Positions 39,869-48,390 of a stretch of 64,000 nucleotides of DNA are shown here, one piece after another. This DNA is from Polyangiales bacterium. GTDB lineage: Bacteria > Myxococcota_A > Polyangia > Polyangiales > Polyangiaceae. Where the stretch lies: positions 1-64,000 of the forward strand of contig JBBRLQ010000005.1 of NCBI GenBank assembly GCA_038231275.1. Reading direction: 5' to 3'. Positions within the stretch are counted from its first letter, which is position 1, and each line of letters begins with the position of its first letter. The translations under genes were made by a program, and so were the position numbers. The notes under the pieces were generated by a model. The model searched no databases. It saw nothing but the letters and a program-made list of their open reading frames with translations, and was not told the DNA's origin.

Positions 39869-42118
39869 GTGGGTTACGTGGAAAGGGTCACGAGCCGTTT
39901 GCCGTCGACGCTCCGTGCCGTTCTAGCGCTGCTCATGGGCCTCGCCTTCGTCGTCGCGTCTCCCCGCGCGTGGGCGGCGGCCGAGGACGCGCGCCTGCTC
40001 GACTCCATCAACCAGGCGATGGCGGACGACTACCCGGGCAACCTCGGCGAGGCCAAGCGCAAGGTCAACGAGGCGCTCGAGAAATGCAAAGGAGGCCGCT
40101 GCGGCAACTCGGCGAAGGCGCAGGGGTTCGTCGCGCTCGGCATGATCACCTCGCAGCTGGGCGACGAGGCGGCCGCGAAGGCCGCGTTCGCCGACGCGCT
40201 CCGCTCCGACCCGCGCGTGAAGCTCCCGTCGAGCGGCACCACGCCGAACATCAAGAACCAGTGGGCCGAGGCCGTCTCACAGGCCGCGCCTCCTCCTGCT
40301 GCCCCTGCGCCCGCCGACGAACCGCCCGCCCCCGTCCCCGAGCCTCCGGCCGCGCCCGCCGCGCCCGCCGCGGGCAGCACGCTTCCGCCCGGGTGGAAGA
40401 GCCGCGAGGCCTTCGATCTCGCGACCGCCGCCGTGAAGGCGCTCGGCGCCGGGCAGTTCGAGGAGTGCGTCGAGAAGAACCGCGGCTCGCTCGAGCGCGA
40501 AGATCGCCCACGCACGCGCCTCGTCATCTCGCGCTGCGAAGAGAAGGTCGGCAGGTACCTCGACGCGCTCAAGGACGCGCAGAAGGCCCTCGAGCTCGGC
40601 ATCAAGACGCGCGACGCCGAGCTCATTCGCTTCGCGCGCCCGCGCGTCGAGGACCTCATCAAGAAGATGCCGCACGTGACCTTCGCCGTCCCCGCGAACG
40701 TCACGATCGCCGAGGTGAAGTTCGACGATCGCAACGTGCCCCTCGACGCGCTCACCAAGAAGTTCTCGATCGATCCGGGCAAGCACCACGTCGCGTCCAA
40801 CGGCCTCGCCGCCGGCGTTCCCGGCGCGATGCAGGACGACTACGACGTGAAGGAGGGCGAGCTCCTCACCGTCCGCCTCGGCCTCCAGCCGCAGCCGGGC
40901 GCGATCACGAAGGGCCAGCTCGACTGCCTCCTCAAGGCGAAGAACGACGAAGAGATCAAGAAGTGCGTCGAGAAGAGCGGCAAGAGCGTCGTGGTGAAGG
41001 CGGCGATCGAGACGAGCGCCTACGCCGACACGAACCACGTCTACGTCTTCTCGCCCGAGCTCATCGCGTCGGTCGTCTCGCCGACCGCCGGCTGGAACAT
41101 CGGCGCCAGCTACCTGCTCGACGTGATCACCGCCGCATCGCCCGACATCGTCTCGGAGGCCTCGCATCGCTTCAAAGAGAAGCGCAACGCGGCGACGCTC
41201 GGCGGCGGGTACAAACCCGGCCAGTTCGGCGTCACCGTCGGCGGGGACATCTCGATCGAGCCCGACTACGTGTCGCGCGGCGTGAGCGCGGCGGTCACCG
41301 GCGATTTCCGCGAGAAGCTCATCACCCCGCGACTCGGCGTGCACTACGCGCACGACACCATCGGCCGCGGCGGCGGCGCGACGACGCCCGGCGCGCCCAC
41401 GCCGTTCGACCATTACTCGAAGACGCTCGACAACACGCAGTTCGACGCCGGCGTCACCTGGGTCTTGTCTCCGACGGCGGTGCTCGTCACGAGCTCGTCG
41501 TTGACGCTCGAGCGCGGTGATCAGAGCAAGCCCTACCGCTATGTGCCGATGTTCGATCCGGTCACCGCCGGCAGGGTGAGGAGTGGGGAAACGGTCGATC
41601 TCGTCAACCGCTTCCGCCTTCCGATTCGCCCGCTCGAGCAGCTCCCGACGGAGCGCAACCGCTACGCCCTCGGCGTGCGCGTCGTAAAGCGCTTAGGCAA
41701 CGCAACCCTACGCATAGAAGAGCGGCTCTACACCGACAGCTGGGCGACCAAGGCCAGCACGACCGACGCGCGGTACATGATGGACCTTTCGCGCCACTTC
41801 CGCGTCTGGCCGCACCTTCGCCTGCACGCGCAGACCGGGACCGATTTCTACAACCGCGCGTACACCGCGATCGTCGATCCTGGCACGCTCGCGATCACGC
41901 TGCCCACGTACCGCACCGGCGACCGTGAGCTCGCGGCGCTCATCACCGCGACCGTGGGCGGAGGCACGCGAATCGCGCTAACCTCTCCAGAGGCGGCCGT
42001 GCAGCTCGCGGTCCTGGTGTCGGGTGACTTCATGTACTCGCGGTTCCTCAACTCGCTCTTCGTGACGACCCGCTCTGCGGTGTACGGTACGGTCGGCTTC
42101 GAAGCGGAGTTCGAGTGA
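39869..42118 (+). CDS. DUF3570-family outer-membrane beta-barrel with N-terminal TPR/PEGA-like domains
   Basis: Y.DT..V.V..P; DVITAASPDIVSEAS; E.DY.S; PYR; E.LP..R.R; R.Y.DSW; GDREL; terminal EAEFE. Confidence 0.8.
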   Translation: MGYVERVTSRLPSTLRAVLALLMGLAFVVASPRAWAAAEDARLLDSINQAMADDYPGNLGEAKRKVNEALEKCKGGRCGNSAKAQGFVALGMITSQLGDEAAAKAAFADALRSDPRVKLPSSGTTPNIKNQWAEAVSQAAPPPAAPAPADEPPAPVPEPPAAPAAPAAGSTLPPGWKSREAFDLATAAVKALGAGQFEECVEKNRGSLEREDRPRTRLVISRCEEKVGRYLDALKDAQKALELGIKTRDAELIRFARPRVEDLIKKMPHVTFAVPANVTIAEVKFDDRNVPLDALTKKFSIDPGKHHVASNGLAAGVPGAMQDDYDVKEGELLTVRLGLQPQPGAITKGQLDCLLKAKNDEEIKKCVEKSGKSVVVKAAIETSAYADTNHVYVFSPELIASVVSPTAGWNIGASYLLDVITAASPDIVSEASHRFKEKRNAATLGGGYKPGQFGVTVGGDISIEPDYVSRGVSAAVTGDFREKLITPRLGVHYAHDTIGRGGGATTPGAPTPFDHYSKTLDNTQFDAGVTWVLSPTAVLVTSSSLTLERGDQSKPYRYVPMFDPVTAGRVRSGETVDLVNRFRLPIRPLEQLPTERNRYALGVRVVKRLGNATLRIEERLYTDSWATKASTTDARYMMDLSRHFRVWPHLRLHAQTGTDFYNRAYTAIVDPGTLAITLPTYRTGDRELAALITATVGGGTRIALTSPEAAVQLAVLVSGDFMYSRFLNSLFVTTRSAVYGTVGFEAEFE

Positions 42119-42687
42119 TGGCACGCACCATCCTCTGGGTCCCCACGAGCGCGTACGCGATCGCGTTCGCCGTGGCGATCGGATCGTGCGCCGATCCCGT
42201 TCATGATCTCCAAGTGAAGGCGCTTGGCGGCGAGGCGCCGAACATCCCCACCGGCGAGTACCACCGCGCCGGCCAGCCCTGCACGACGTGCCACAGCCAG
42301 TACGGGCCCGCGACCTCGCAGTTCGCGATCGGCGGCACCATCTTCCACGGCCCCGACAAGGCCATCGGCGAAGAGGGCGTGCGCGTCGAGATGGTCGACG
42401 CGACAGGCTCGCAGCGCAACGCGACCACCAACTGCGTCGGCAACTTCTTCATCCCGACGTCGGACTGGGATCCGGCGTTCCCGGTGCTCGTCATGATCCG
42501 AAAAGGTCAGCAGACACGGTCGATGAACAGCCACATCGGGCGCGAGGCGTCGTGCAACCAGTGCCACAAGGACCCGCCGAGCTTCGATTCGCCGGGCCAC
42601 ATGTCGCTCGTCGCGGTCGAGGACAACGCGCCGCCGCCGCAGGATTGCCCTGTGAGCCCCGTCGCGACCCTCCCGGGGTCCAGATGA
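42118..42687 (+). CDS. Diheme c-type cytochrome lipoprotein
   Basis: Lipobox IGSC; H.AGQPCTTCH and CNQCH; start overlaps the DUF3570 stop. Confidence 0.75.
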   Translation: MARTILWVPTSAYAIAFAVAIGSCADPVHDLQVKALGGEAPNIPTGEYHRAGQPCTTCHSQYGPATSQFAIGGTIFHGPDKAIGEEGVRVEMVDATGSQRNATTNCVGNFFIPTSDWDPAFPVLVMIRKGQQTRSMNSHIGREASCNQCHKDPPSFDSPGHMSLVAVEDNAPPPQDCPVSPVATLPGSR

Positions 42688-43265
42688 AGATCCTCGCGCA
42701 GAGACCGGTGGACAAGGGCCGCGTCGCCGCCGCCGCGATCGTGGTGGGCATCTTCGCCGCGGCCGCGTGCGTGTCGGTCCCGGACACCGAGCGCATGACG
42801 TACGTGGGGCCGCTCCCCAATGGGCAGACCGTGGCGCCGGACTTCGCCTCGTACAAGACCGGCGTGGACCCGTACCTCGGCAAGCGCTGCTCGACGCTCG
42901 ACTGCCACGGGCAGCTCGGTCGCGGCCTTCGCCTCTTCAGCCAGCAGGGCCTCCGCGCGTTCGACGCGTCGGGCAACGGATCCTTTCCGCTCACGAGCGG
43001 CAAGGACGCGATCACCGACGACGAGGTGCGGCAGAACTTCCTCGCCGTCGTCGGCCTCGAGCCAGAGGTCATGACGCAGGTGATGGCGGGCGGCGGCGCC
43101 GATCCGTTGAAGCTCCTCCTCCTCAAGAAGCCGCTCCTCTACGAGGGCCACAAGGGCGGACAGGTGATGATCGACACCTCCGACCCCGGCTACAAGTGCA
43201 TCGCGAGCTGGCTGGCGGGCTCGCTCGACACCAACGCGTGCACCAAGTCGCTCGAAGTGCGCTGA
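42684..43265 (+). CDS. Putative monoheme cytochrome lipoprotein (CX4CH)
   Basis: Lipobox AAAC; CSTLDCH; LL.KP...HKGG distal His; W near C-terminus; ATGA overlap. Confidence 0.6.
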   Translation: MKILAQRPVDKGRVAAAAIVVGIFAAAACVSVPDTERMTYVGPLPNGQTVAPDFASYKTGVDPYLGKRCSTLDCHGQLGRGLRLFSQQGLRAFDASGNGSFPLTSGKDAITDDEVRQNFLAVVGLEPEVMTQVMAGGGADPLKLLLLKKPLLYEGHKGGQVMIDTSDPGYKCIASWLAGSLDTNACTKSLEVR

Positions 43266-43280
43266 CGCAAAGCGTACGAC

Positions 43281-43321
43281 AAAAGAGAAACGCCCCGGGC
43301 GAGCTCGTCGCGCCGGGGCGT
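43281..43321 (-). terminator. Rho-independent terminator for the minus-strand operon
   Basis: ACGCCCCGG...CCGGGGCGT stem followed on the minus strand by TTCTCTTTT. Confidence 0.65.
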
Positions 43322-43341
43322 CGCTTCGTCTGCGTGCCGCC

Positions 43342-44736
43342 TCAGGTCACGACCGCGTTGACGAGGCCGGGGAACGCGGGACCGCGGTAGAAGTCCTGCA
43401 CGCGGCGGAGATCGCCCTTCGCGACGGCGAACGCGGCAGCGGCGGCGGCCGTGGGGCCCATCGACGCGGTCGTGATGGTGTTGCCGTTGGTCGCGACGTT
43501 GTTGCCGGTCTGCGGGTCGAACGTGTTGACGCTGTTGTTCGCGCCGTACGATCCGAACCACCCCGTCTTGAGGTAGCCGGCGCCGTAGACGTAGAGCCAG
43601 TTGGCGTTGCCGTTCGTGTTGTCGGGCCAGCCGCTGCGCTCGAGCGGATCCTTCGGGAGATCTCCGCCGATCGTCATGACGAGGTTGTCGGCCAGGCTCT
43701 TCGAAGAGCAGCCCGGGTCCGGCGTCGCGAGCGCCATGGTCATGAACGCGTCGAAGTGCTTGCCGAGCGCCATGGCCATGTCCGCCGGCATCTGATCGCC
43801 GCCGCCGAACGCGCCGTGCGGATCGTCCAAAAATGGGCTCATGTTGACCATCGACGTCAACCCGAGCTTGAACGCCTTCAGCGCCGTGATGAGCGTGTGC
43901 GCATGGTCCTTCAGCGCCGTCGAGGTGCCGGCGTTGACGCCGAATGCTGCGTCGTCCGCCGCCGTGGGGGCGAGCTGCGCCGCGAGGTTCTTGCCGAGGA
44001 GGTTCGCGGCGATTTTGCCGGTCTCGTAGCCCTTCGCGACCGACGGGCGGCCGGCGGCGGCGTTGAGGCCGAGGAACGCCTTGTAATACGCCTCGTGCAG
44101 CGCCGCGTTGCTCGGCGTGCTCAGGAGCGTCTTGCTCGCGACGCTGTCGAACAGGCCGACGAGGCCCGCCGCGCTGCCGACGCTGGCCATCGACGGAGCG
44201 CCGGGCGCGGTGCCGTAGATGGTCGGGTTGATGGCGATGACGGGGAGGAGCGTCGGCGTCGCCTGCTGAATCGCGGCGAGCGCGGCGAGGAGGCCCACGC
44301 CGGTCGCGATCTCGTGCTTGGGCGTGTTGGTGTGGCCGCCGTTGTTGCCGCCCATGAGGCCGGTCATCTGTCGGTTGCCGGGGAGCGTCGCGAACGGCGA
44401 GTAGGTGCCGCGCACCCACGGGCGATCGGTGCCCGTGACCGCCTTGCCCTTGCCGATCTCGTAAAACGCGTAGTTCGCTTGCGTCCCGGTGGCCTGCTCT
44501 ACGTGCGGGAAGAGCAGCGTGTACCAGGAGAGCGCGCCGTTGCCGGCGTTGATGTGGATCGAGCGGTTCGTGAGGGTGCACGCCGCTTGATCGGCGAGCG
44601 CGCTGCCTCCGATGCCCGAGAGCGCGTCGATGAAGCGCACGCGCTCGAGGCCGAGCCCGACCGCCGCCGCCGCGCTCCACCGGATGAAGTCTCGTCGGCC
44701 CGAGCCGCGCAGATCTTTGAGTCGCTGGTCCGCCAT
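43342..44736 (-). CDS. Tat-exported protein, DUF1501-like
   Basis: Twin-arginine GRRDFI; GGH; DDPHG; GDLPKDP; WPD; operon with DUF1549/1585-like cytochrome. Confidence 0.6.
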   Translation of the reverse strand: MADQRLKDLRGSGRRDFIRWSAAAAVGLGLERVRFIDALSGIGGSALADQAACTLTNRSIHINAGNGALSWYTLLFPHVEQATGTQANYAFYEIGKGKAVTGTDRPWVRGTYSPFATLPGNRQMTGLMGGNNGGHTNTPKHEIATGVGLLAALAAIQQATPTLLPVIAINPTIYGTAPGAPSMASVGSAAGLVGLFDSVASKTLLSTPSNAALHEAYYKAFLGLNAAAGRPSVAKGYETGKIAANLLGKNLAAQLAPTAADDAAFGVNAGTSTALKDHAHTLITALKAFKLGLTSMVNMSPFLDDPHGAFGGGDQMPADMAMALGKHFDAFMTMALATPDPGCSSKSLADNLVMTIGGDLPKDPLERSGWPDNTNGNANWLYVYGAGYLKTGWFGSYGANNSVNTFDPQTGNNVATNGNTITTASMGPTAAAAAAFAVAKGDLRRVQDFYRGPAFPGLVNAVVT

Positions 44737-44747
44737 GACGATTCTCC

Positions 44748-45440
44748 TTACTCGCAGGTGTGAGCGGCTTCGAGGAGCGCCGCGATGGCAAGTTGAACGC
44801 CCTGGGCCTGGGTCGCCCCGCCCGTGACGGCGTCGACGACGGCCTGGTTCGCGACGGTGACGTGGTCGTCGGTCGCCAGCGTCCCCGTGAGGCACGAAAT
44901 CCCGTCCTTCGTGAACTTCCCGCTCGCGTCGGCGACGATCACGCCCTGGCAGCCCGTGGACGTCGCCGCGTTGGCGAAGACCTCGGGCGCCGCCGCCACG
45001 AAGATGTCGAACTGCTTCGCGAGCGCGCTCGTCGACGCGAGGAGCGCCTCGGGCGCGCGGCCCGAGTAGTTCGCGACGCCGAGCGACGAGCCGCTCGACT
45101 TGTAGATCGTGAGCGCGTTCGTGTTGCCGGTGAGCTTCGCGCCGCGCGTGTTCAGGATGGACCCGAGCGACGCGTACGTGATCTTCGTGCAGCCGTGGTA
45201 CCGCGCCGCCGTTACGCCGCCGGTGGGATCCGACGCCTTCGGTCGGCCGCCCGGATCGGCGTGCTCGTACTCGCCGACTTGGTTCGGCGGGTCGAAATCG
45301 TGGTGGTACATCGGCGACGAGCCCTGCGTGTCGGCCTCGGTCGCGCTGCCGATCTTGTCGTTGGGTCCGCTGCCGGCGGCCGAGCACCCGCTGGCGGCGA
45401 GGCCGGCGGTGGCGATGAGGGTCAGAAGAATGCGTTTCAT
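44748..45440 (-). CDS. Hypothetical lipoprotein with several His/Cys
   Basis: RBS GGAG; lipobox ASGC; YHHD, YHGC, AHTCE. Confidence 0.7.
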   Translation of the reverse strand: MKRILLTLIATAGLAASGCSAAGSGPNDKIGSATEADTQGSSPMYHHDFDPPNQVGEYEHADPGGRPKASDPTGGVTAARYHGCTKITYASLGSILNTRGAKLTGNTNALTIYKSSGSSLGVANYSGRAPEALLASTSALAKQFDIFVAAAPEVFANAATSTGCQGVIVADASGKFTKDGISCLTGTLATDDHVTVANQAVVDAVTGGATQAQGVQLAIAALLEAAHTCE

Positions 45441-45459
45441 TGGAGTCTCCTTTTCCCTC

Positions 45460-46713
45460 TCAGAATTTCGTGAAGTCTTCGGACGTGAACACGTTACGGA
45501 TGACGCGCTTCAGCTTCATCCCGTTGCCCGTGAAGTCTTTCACGAGAGGATCGGTGACGGCAGGCGGAATCGACGCGAGGTCGTTCACGATGTCGCCGCG
45601 CGAGAGCGCCCAGTTCCAGACGCGGTCGACGGCGCAGTGGGCCACGGCGGGGTCGGCGGCGATCGCCGCGCCGAGCGACGGAATGTCGGTCACCGCGACG
45701 CCGTTGCGCCACGCGAACGTCTGCTTGCCGGCGGGGAGCCAGTCGCCGAGGACCGAGGTGGGGTTGCCGGTCGACGGCGTCTTCACCTGGATGGCGGTCT
45801 GGTACGCGCCGTTCGCGTCGAAGAACGCGAACATCGGCGCCATGTGGTTGATCGTCGTGTGGCAGTTGGCGCAGATGATCGAGCTCGTGTCCTGGAAGTC
45901 GATTTTCGCGTTCGGCGTGTTCGTCTTTCCGGTGACGGTCTGGAAATCCCAGGGGCTCGTGTAGAGGCCGGCGCCCATCGGCGTCGACGCGCCGAGCTCG
46001 GCGGGGAACTTCGTGCAGGCGAAGGTCTCCTGGATGAAGCGGACGCGGCGGAAGGCCATGTTCGCGTAGAACTGCGACATGAGGCCGGGGTCGGTGAGGA
46101 CGCCGGCGGTGGGCGCCGTGCCCGGACAGCTCGCGGGGGTGAAGGTGCCGCCCGCGTACGTCGGGCAGGTGTTCGTCGCCGTCGTGAAGAGGTCGGTGTA
46201 CGGCTGGTCGTTGATGACGACCATCGCCGCGAACGTCGCCGCGGTGTCGTAGCTCGGCGCGCCTTGCCTCGCGTTGCCGCCCATCGGGCCGGTGCGGAAC
46301 GTGTCGCGGAACCACTGGATCATGCGCGTCGCGAAGCGCGGGTCGCTCGTGAGGATCTTGTCGATGTACGCCTCGTAGGTGACCTTCTGGTCGGCCTGCG
46401 CCTTGCCGTCGAGCGTCTTCACGTCCGCGAGCGTCGGGAGCTCGCCCGTGAGCTTGAGGCTCGCGCTGCGCATCGCCGCGCCGTAGTCGAACACGCGGGT
46501 GTCGACGTACGCGGGGGGCTGCTCGACGGGCCCGCCAGAAGCGCCGCCACCGCCGCCGCCGCCGCCTGCGCCACCACTGGAGCCCGGGTCACCGGAGGTG
46601 CCGCCGTTGCCGAGCGCGTTCGGGTCGTCGGACCCCGAGCCGCACGCCATCAGCGATGCCGCGATGCCGAGCGCGGCGAGCTTCGCGCTGAGTCGCAGAA
46701 TGCTTCGTCGCAT
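45460..46713 (-). CDS. Monoheme lipoprotein, DUF1549/DUF1588/DUF1585-like
   Basis: Lipobox LMAC; R.ASLKLTGELPT; AGVLT; FRRV; CANCH..I; C....W.WALSR; LK.VI.....S..F. Confidence 0.65.
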   Translation of the reverse strand: MRRSILRLSAKLAALGIAASLMACGSGSDDPNALGNGGTSGDPGSSGGAGGGGGGGGASGGPVEQPPAYVDTRVFDYGAAMRSASLKLTGELPTLADVKTLDGKAQADQKVTYEAYIDKILTSDPRFATRMIQWFRDTFRTGPMGGNARQGAPSYDTAATFAAMVVINDQPYTDLFTTATNTCPTYAGGTFTPASCPGTAPTAGVLTDPGLMSQFYANMAFRRVRFIQETFACTKFPAELGASTPMGAGLYTSPWDFQTVTGKTNTPNAKIDFQDTSSIICANCHTTINHMAPMFAFFDANGAYQTAIQVKTPSTGNPTSVLGDWLPAGKQTFAWRNGVAVTDIPSLGAAIAADPAVAHCAVDRVWNWALSRGDIVNDLASIPPAVTDPLVKDFTGNGMKLKRVIRNVFTSEDFTKF

Positions 46714-46763
46714 CGTGTGCCTGCCTTTCTGTTCCGCGTGCCGTTCCATGGCCATTGTCTCTT

Positions 46764-48029
46764 TCATTCGCCGGCGAGCCAGCTGTTGATCTGCGCGGTG
46801 TAGCCACCCACGTCGCTGACGGTGCCGCCGCCGTGGTTTCCGCTCTGCCCCGTCGGGTGCAGGATGATGGCGCTCTTGGTCTTGTCGGTAAGGTTCACCT
46901 TCGTAAGCGCCTGGGCGCACGCCGAGGCGTAGTTGGGGGAGCCCCCCACGAGATCGTTCAAGTCGAGCGCGCCGTCGCCGCCGCCGCCGGCCTTGTGGCA
47001 GCCGGCCGTGCAGTTCGGCGTGAGCGCGTTGCCGTTCACCTGGCCGCCGCGGAACACGTCGGCGATCGCCTGGAAGCCCGACACGTTCTTGCAGCCGCCG
47101 CCGCCCGCGCCCGCGTCGCCGCCCGCGACGGTGCCCGCGCCGATCTTGGCGAACTCGATCTGGAGCTTGTCGGTCGCCTGCCAGTTGAAGCCGGTGAGGA
47201 TGAACGTGCCGGGGCCGACGGCGATCGACTTGCCTGCGCCAGCGGTGTCGTCGACGTTCGAGCCGTTGTCGGCCGGATCCTCGACCGCCTTCGCCGTGGC
47301 GTCGGCGGGGACCTGCACGAAGATCGGGTGCGTGATGTGGATGCCGCCCGCCGCGGGCCCGACCAGCTTCACCGAGCTGAGCGCGAGGATCTTGCCGGAG
47401 ATGGTCGCGTTGAACGTGATCTGCGCGCCGGGAATGCCGCCGGAGACCGTGCTCAGATCGATCGCGTTGGCTGCGCCGCCGACGATCGCGATCGGCGCCG
47501 TCGCCGGGAGCTTCGCGCCCTTCAGCGCGGCCGCTTCGACGTCGAGCCACTTCTTGACCTTGTCGCCGAGGTTGCCGGTGCCGTCGGGAGTGACGAGCGC
47601 CGCGCCCGTGTGCTGGCCCTTCGTGAAGAGGCGGCTCTGGAGCGTGTCCTGAACGATGATCTTCTTGTCGCCGACCTGTGACGTGTCGTACGTCTTGATC
47701 GAGAGGTACGTGTCCGGCCCCTTGAGCCAGAGCGGCGCCGAGGTGCTGCCCTCGTGGCAGTTGGACCCGCCGCACGACGTCTTGAGGTCCGGCTCGAGCT
47801 CGCGGTACAGCTTCTCGGCGAGCTTGAGCGCCGTCGCATTGCCGCCGTCGGGATCGAGGAGGCTGCCGTCGCCGGGATCGACCGTTCCACTGTCGACCGC
47901 GCCGCTCGACCCGCCGCCGCCGTTGCCGCCGAGGAGGCTGTCGGCCGCTCCGTCTCCGCACGCGACCGCCGTGACTGCCGCGAGAGCGATCGCGCCGGTG
48001 AGAAGGGCGAACGCACGCGACGCGAGCAT
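46764..48029 (-). CDS. Putative diheme cytochrome lipoprotein with non-canonical motifs
   Basis: Lipobox AVAC; CGGSNCH with distal GQHTG; CTAGCH with distal GNHGGG; each domain ends W-L. Confidence 0.6.
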   Translation of the reverse strand: MLASRAFALLTGAIALAAVTAVACGDGAADSLLGGNGGGGSSGAVDSGTVDPGDGSLLDPDGGNATALKLAEKLYRELEPDLKTSCGGSNCHEGSTSAPLWLKGPDTYLSIKTYDTSQVGDKKIIVQDTLQSRLFTKGQHTGAALVTPDGTGNLGDKVKKWLDVEAAALKGAKLPATAPIAIVGGAANAIDLSTVSGGIPGAQITFNATISGKILALSSVKLVGPAAGGIHITHPIFVQVPADATAKAVEDPADNGSNVDDTAGAGKSIAVGPGTFILTGFNWQATDKLQIEFAKIGAGTVAGGDAGAGGGGCKNVSGFQAIADVFRGGQVNGNALTPNCTAGCHKAGGGGDGALDLNDLVGGSPNYASACAQALTKVNLTDKTKSAIILHPTGQSGNHGGGTVSDVGGYTAQINSWLAGE

Positions 48030-48390
48030 CCCCTTTCCAGTACGGCTGCGATCCAGTTTCACGGTCATTTTCAGCGGTCCGTGCACGATGAATGCACAGG
48101 TGAGACCAACCCGATCACACTGAAAATTCCGGACGTATTTGATGAGCCTACATCGTAGCTATCGACGTCGCTGGATCATCGTCGACCGCCCAGATGGCCC
48201 ATGCAACGGCAGCTTTCGAGCATGGACGGAGCCCGATCCACGTCGCCATCCGGCGCGCGGCGAGCGTCCTCCAACCCGTCATGTCCACCCGTCACTGCTA
48301 TGGTGTGAGGAGGTGCTGCGGCGGTTGCAGCGAAGTGCCGTGACCTCGCCGCGGACGTGAAGGAAACCCGAGGACGCGGCCATTCTTCGG

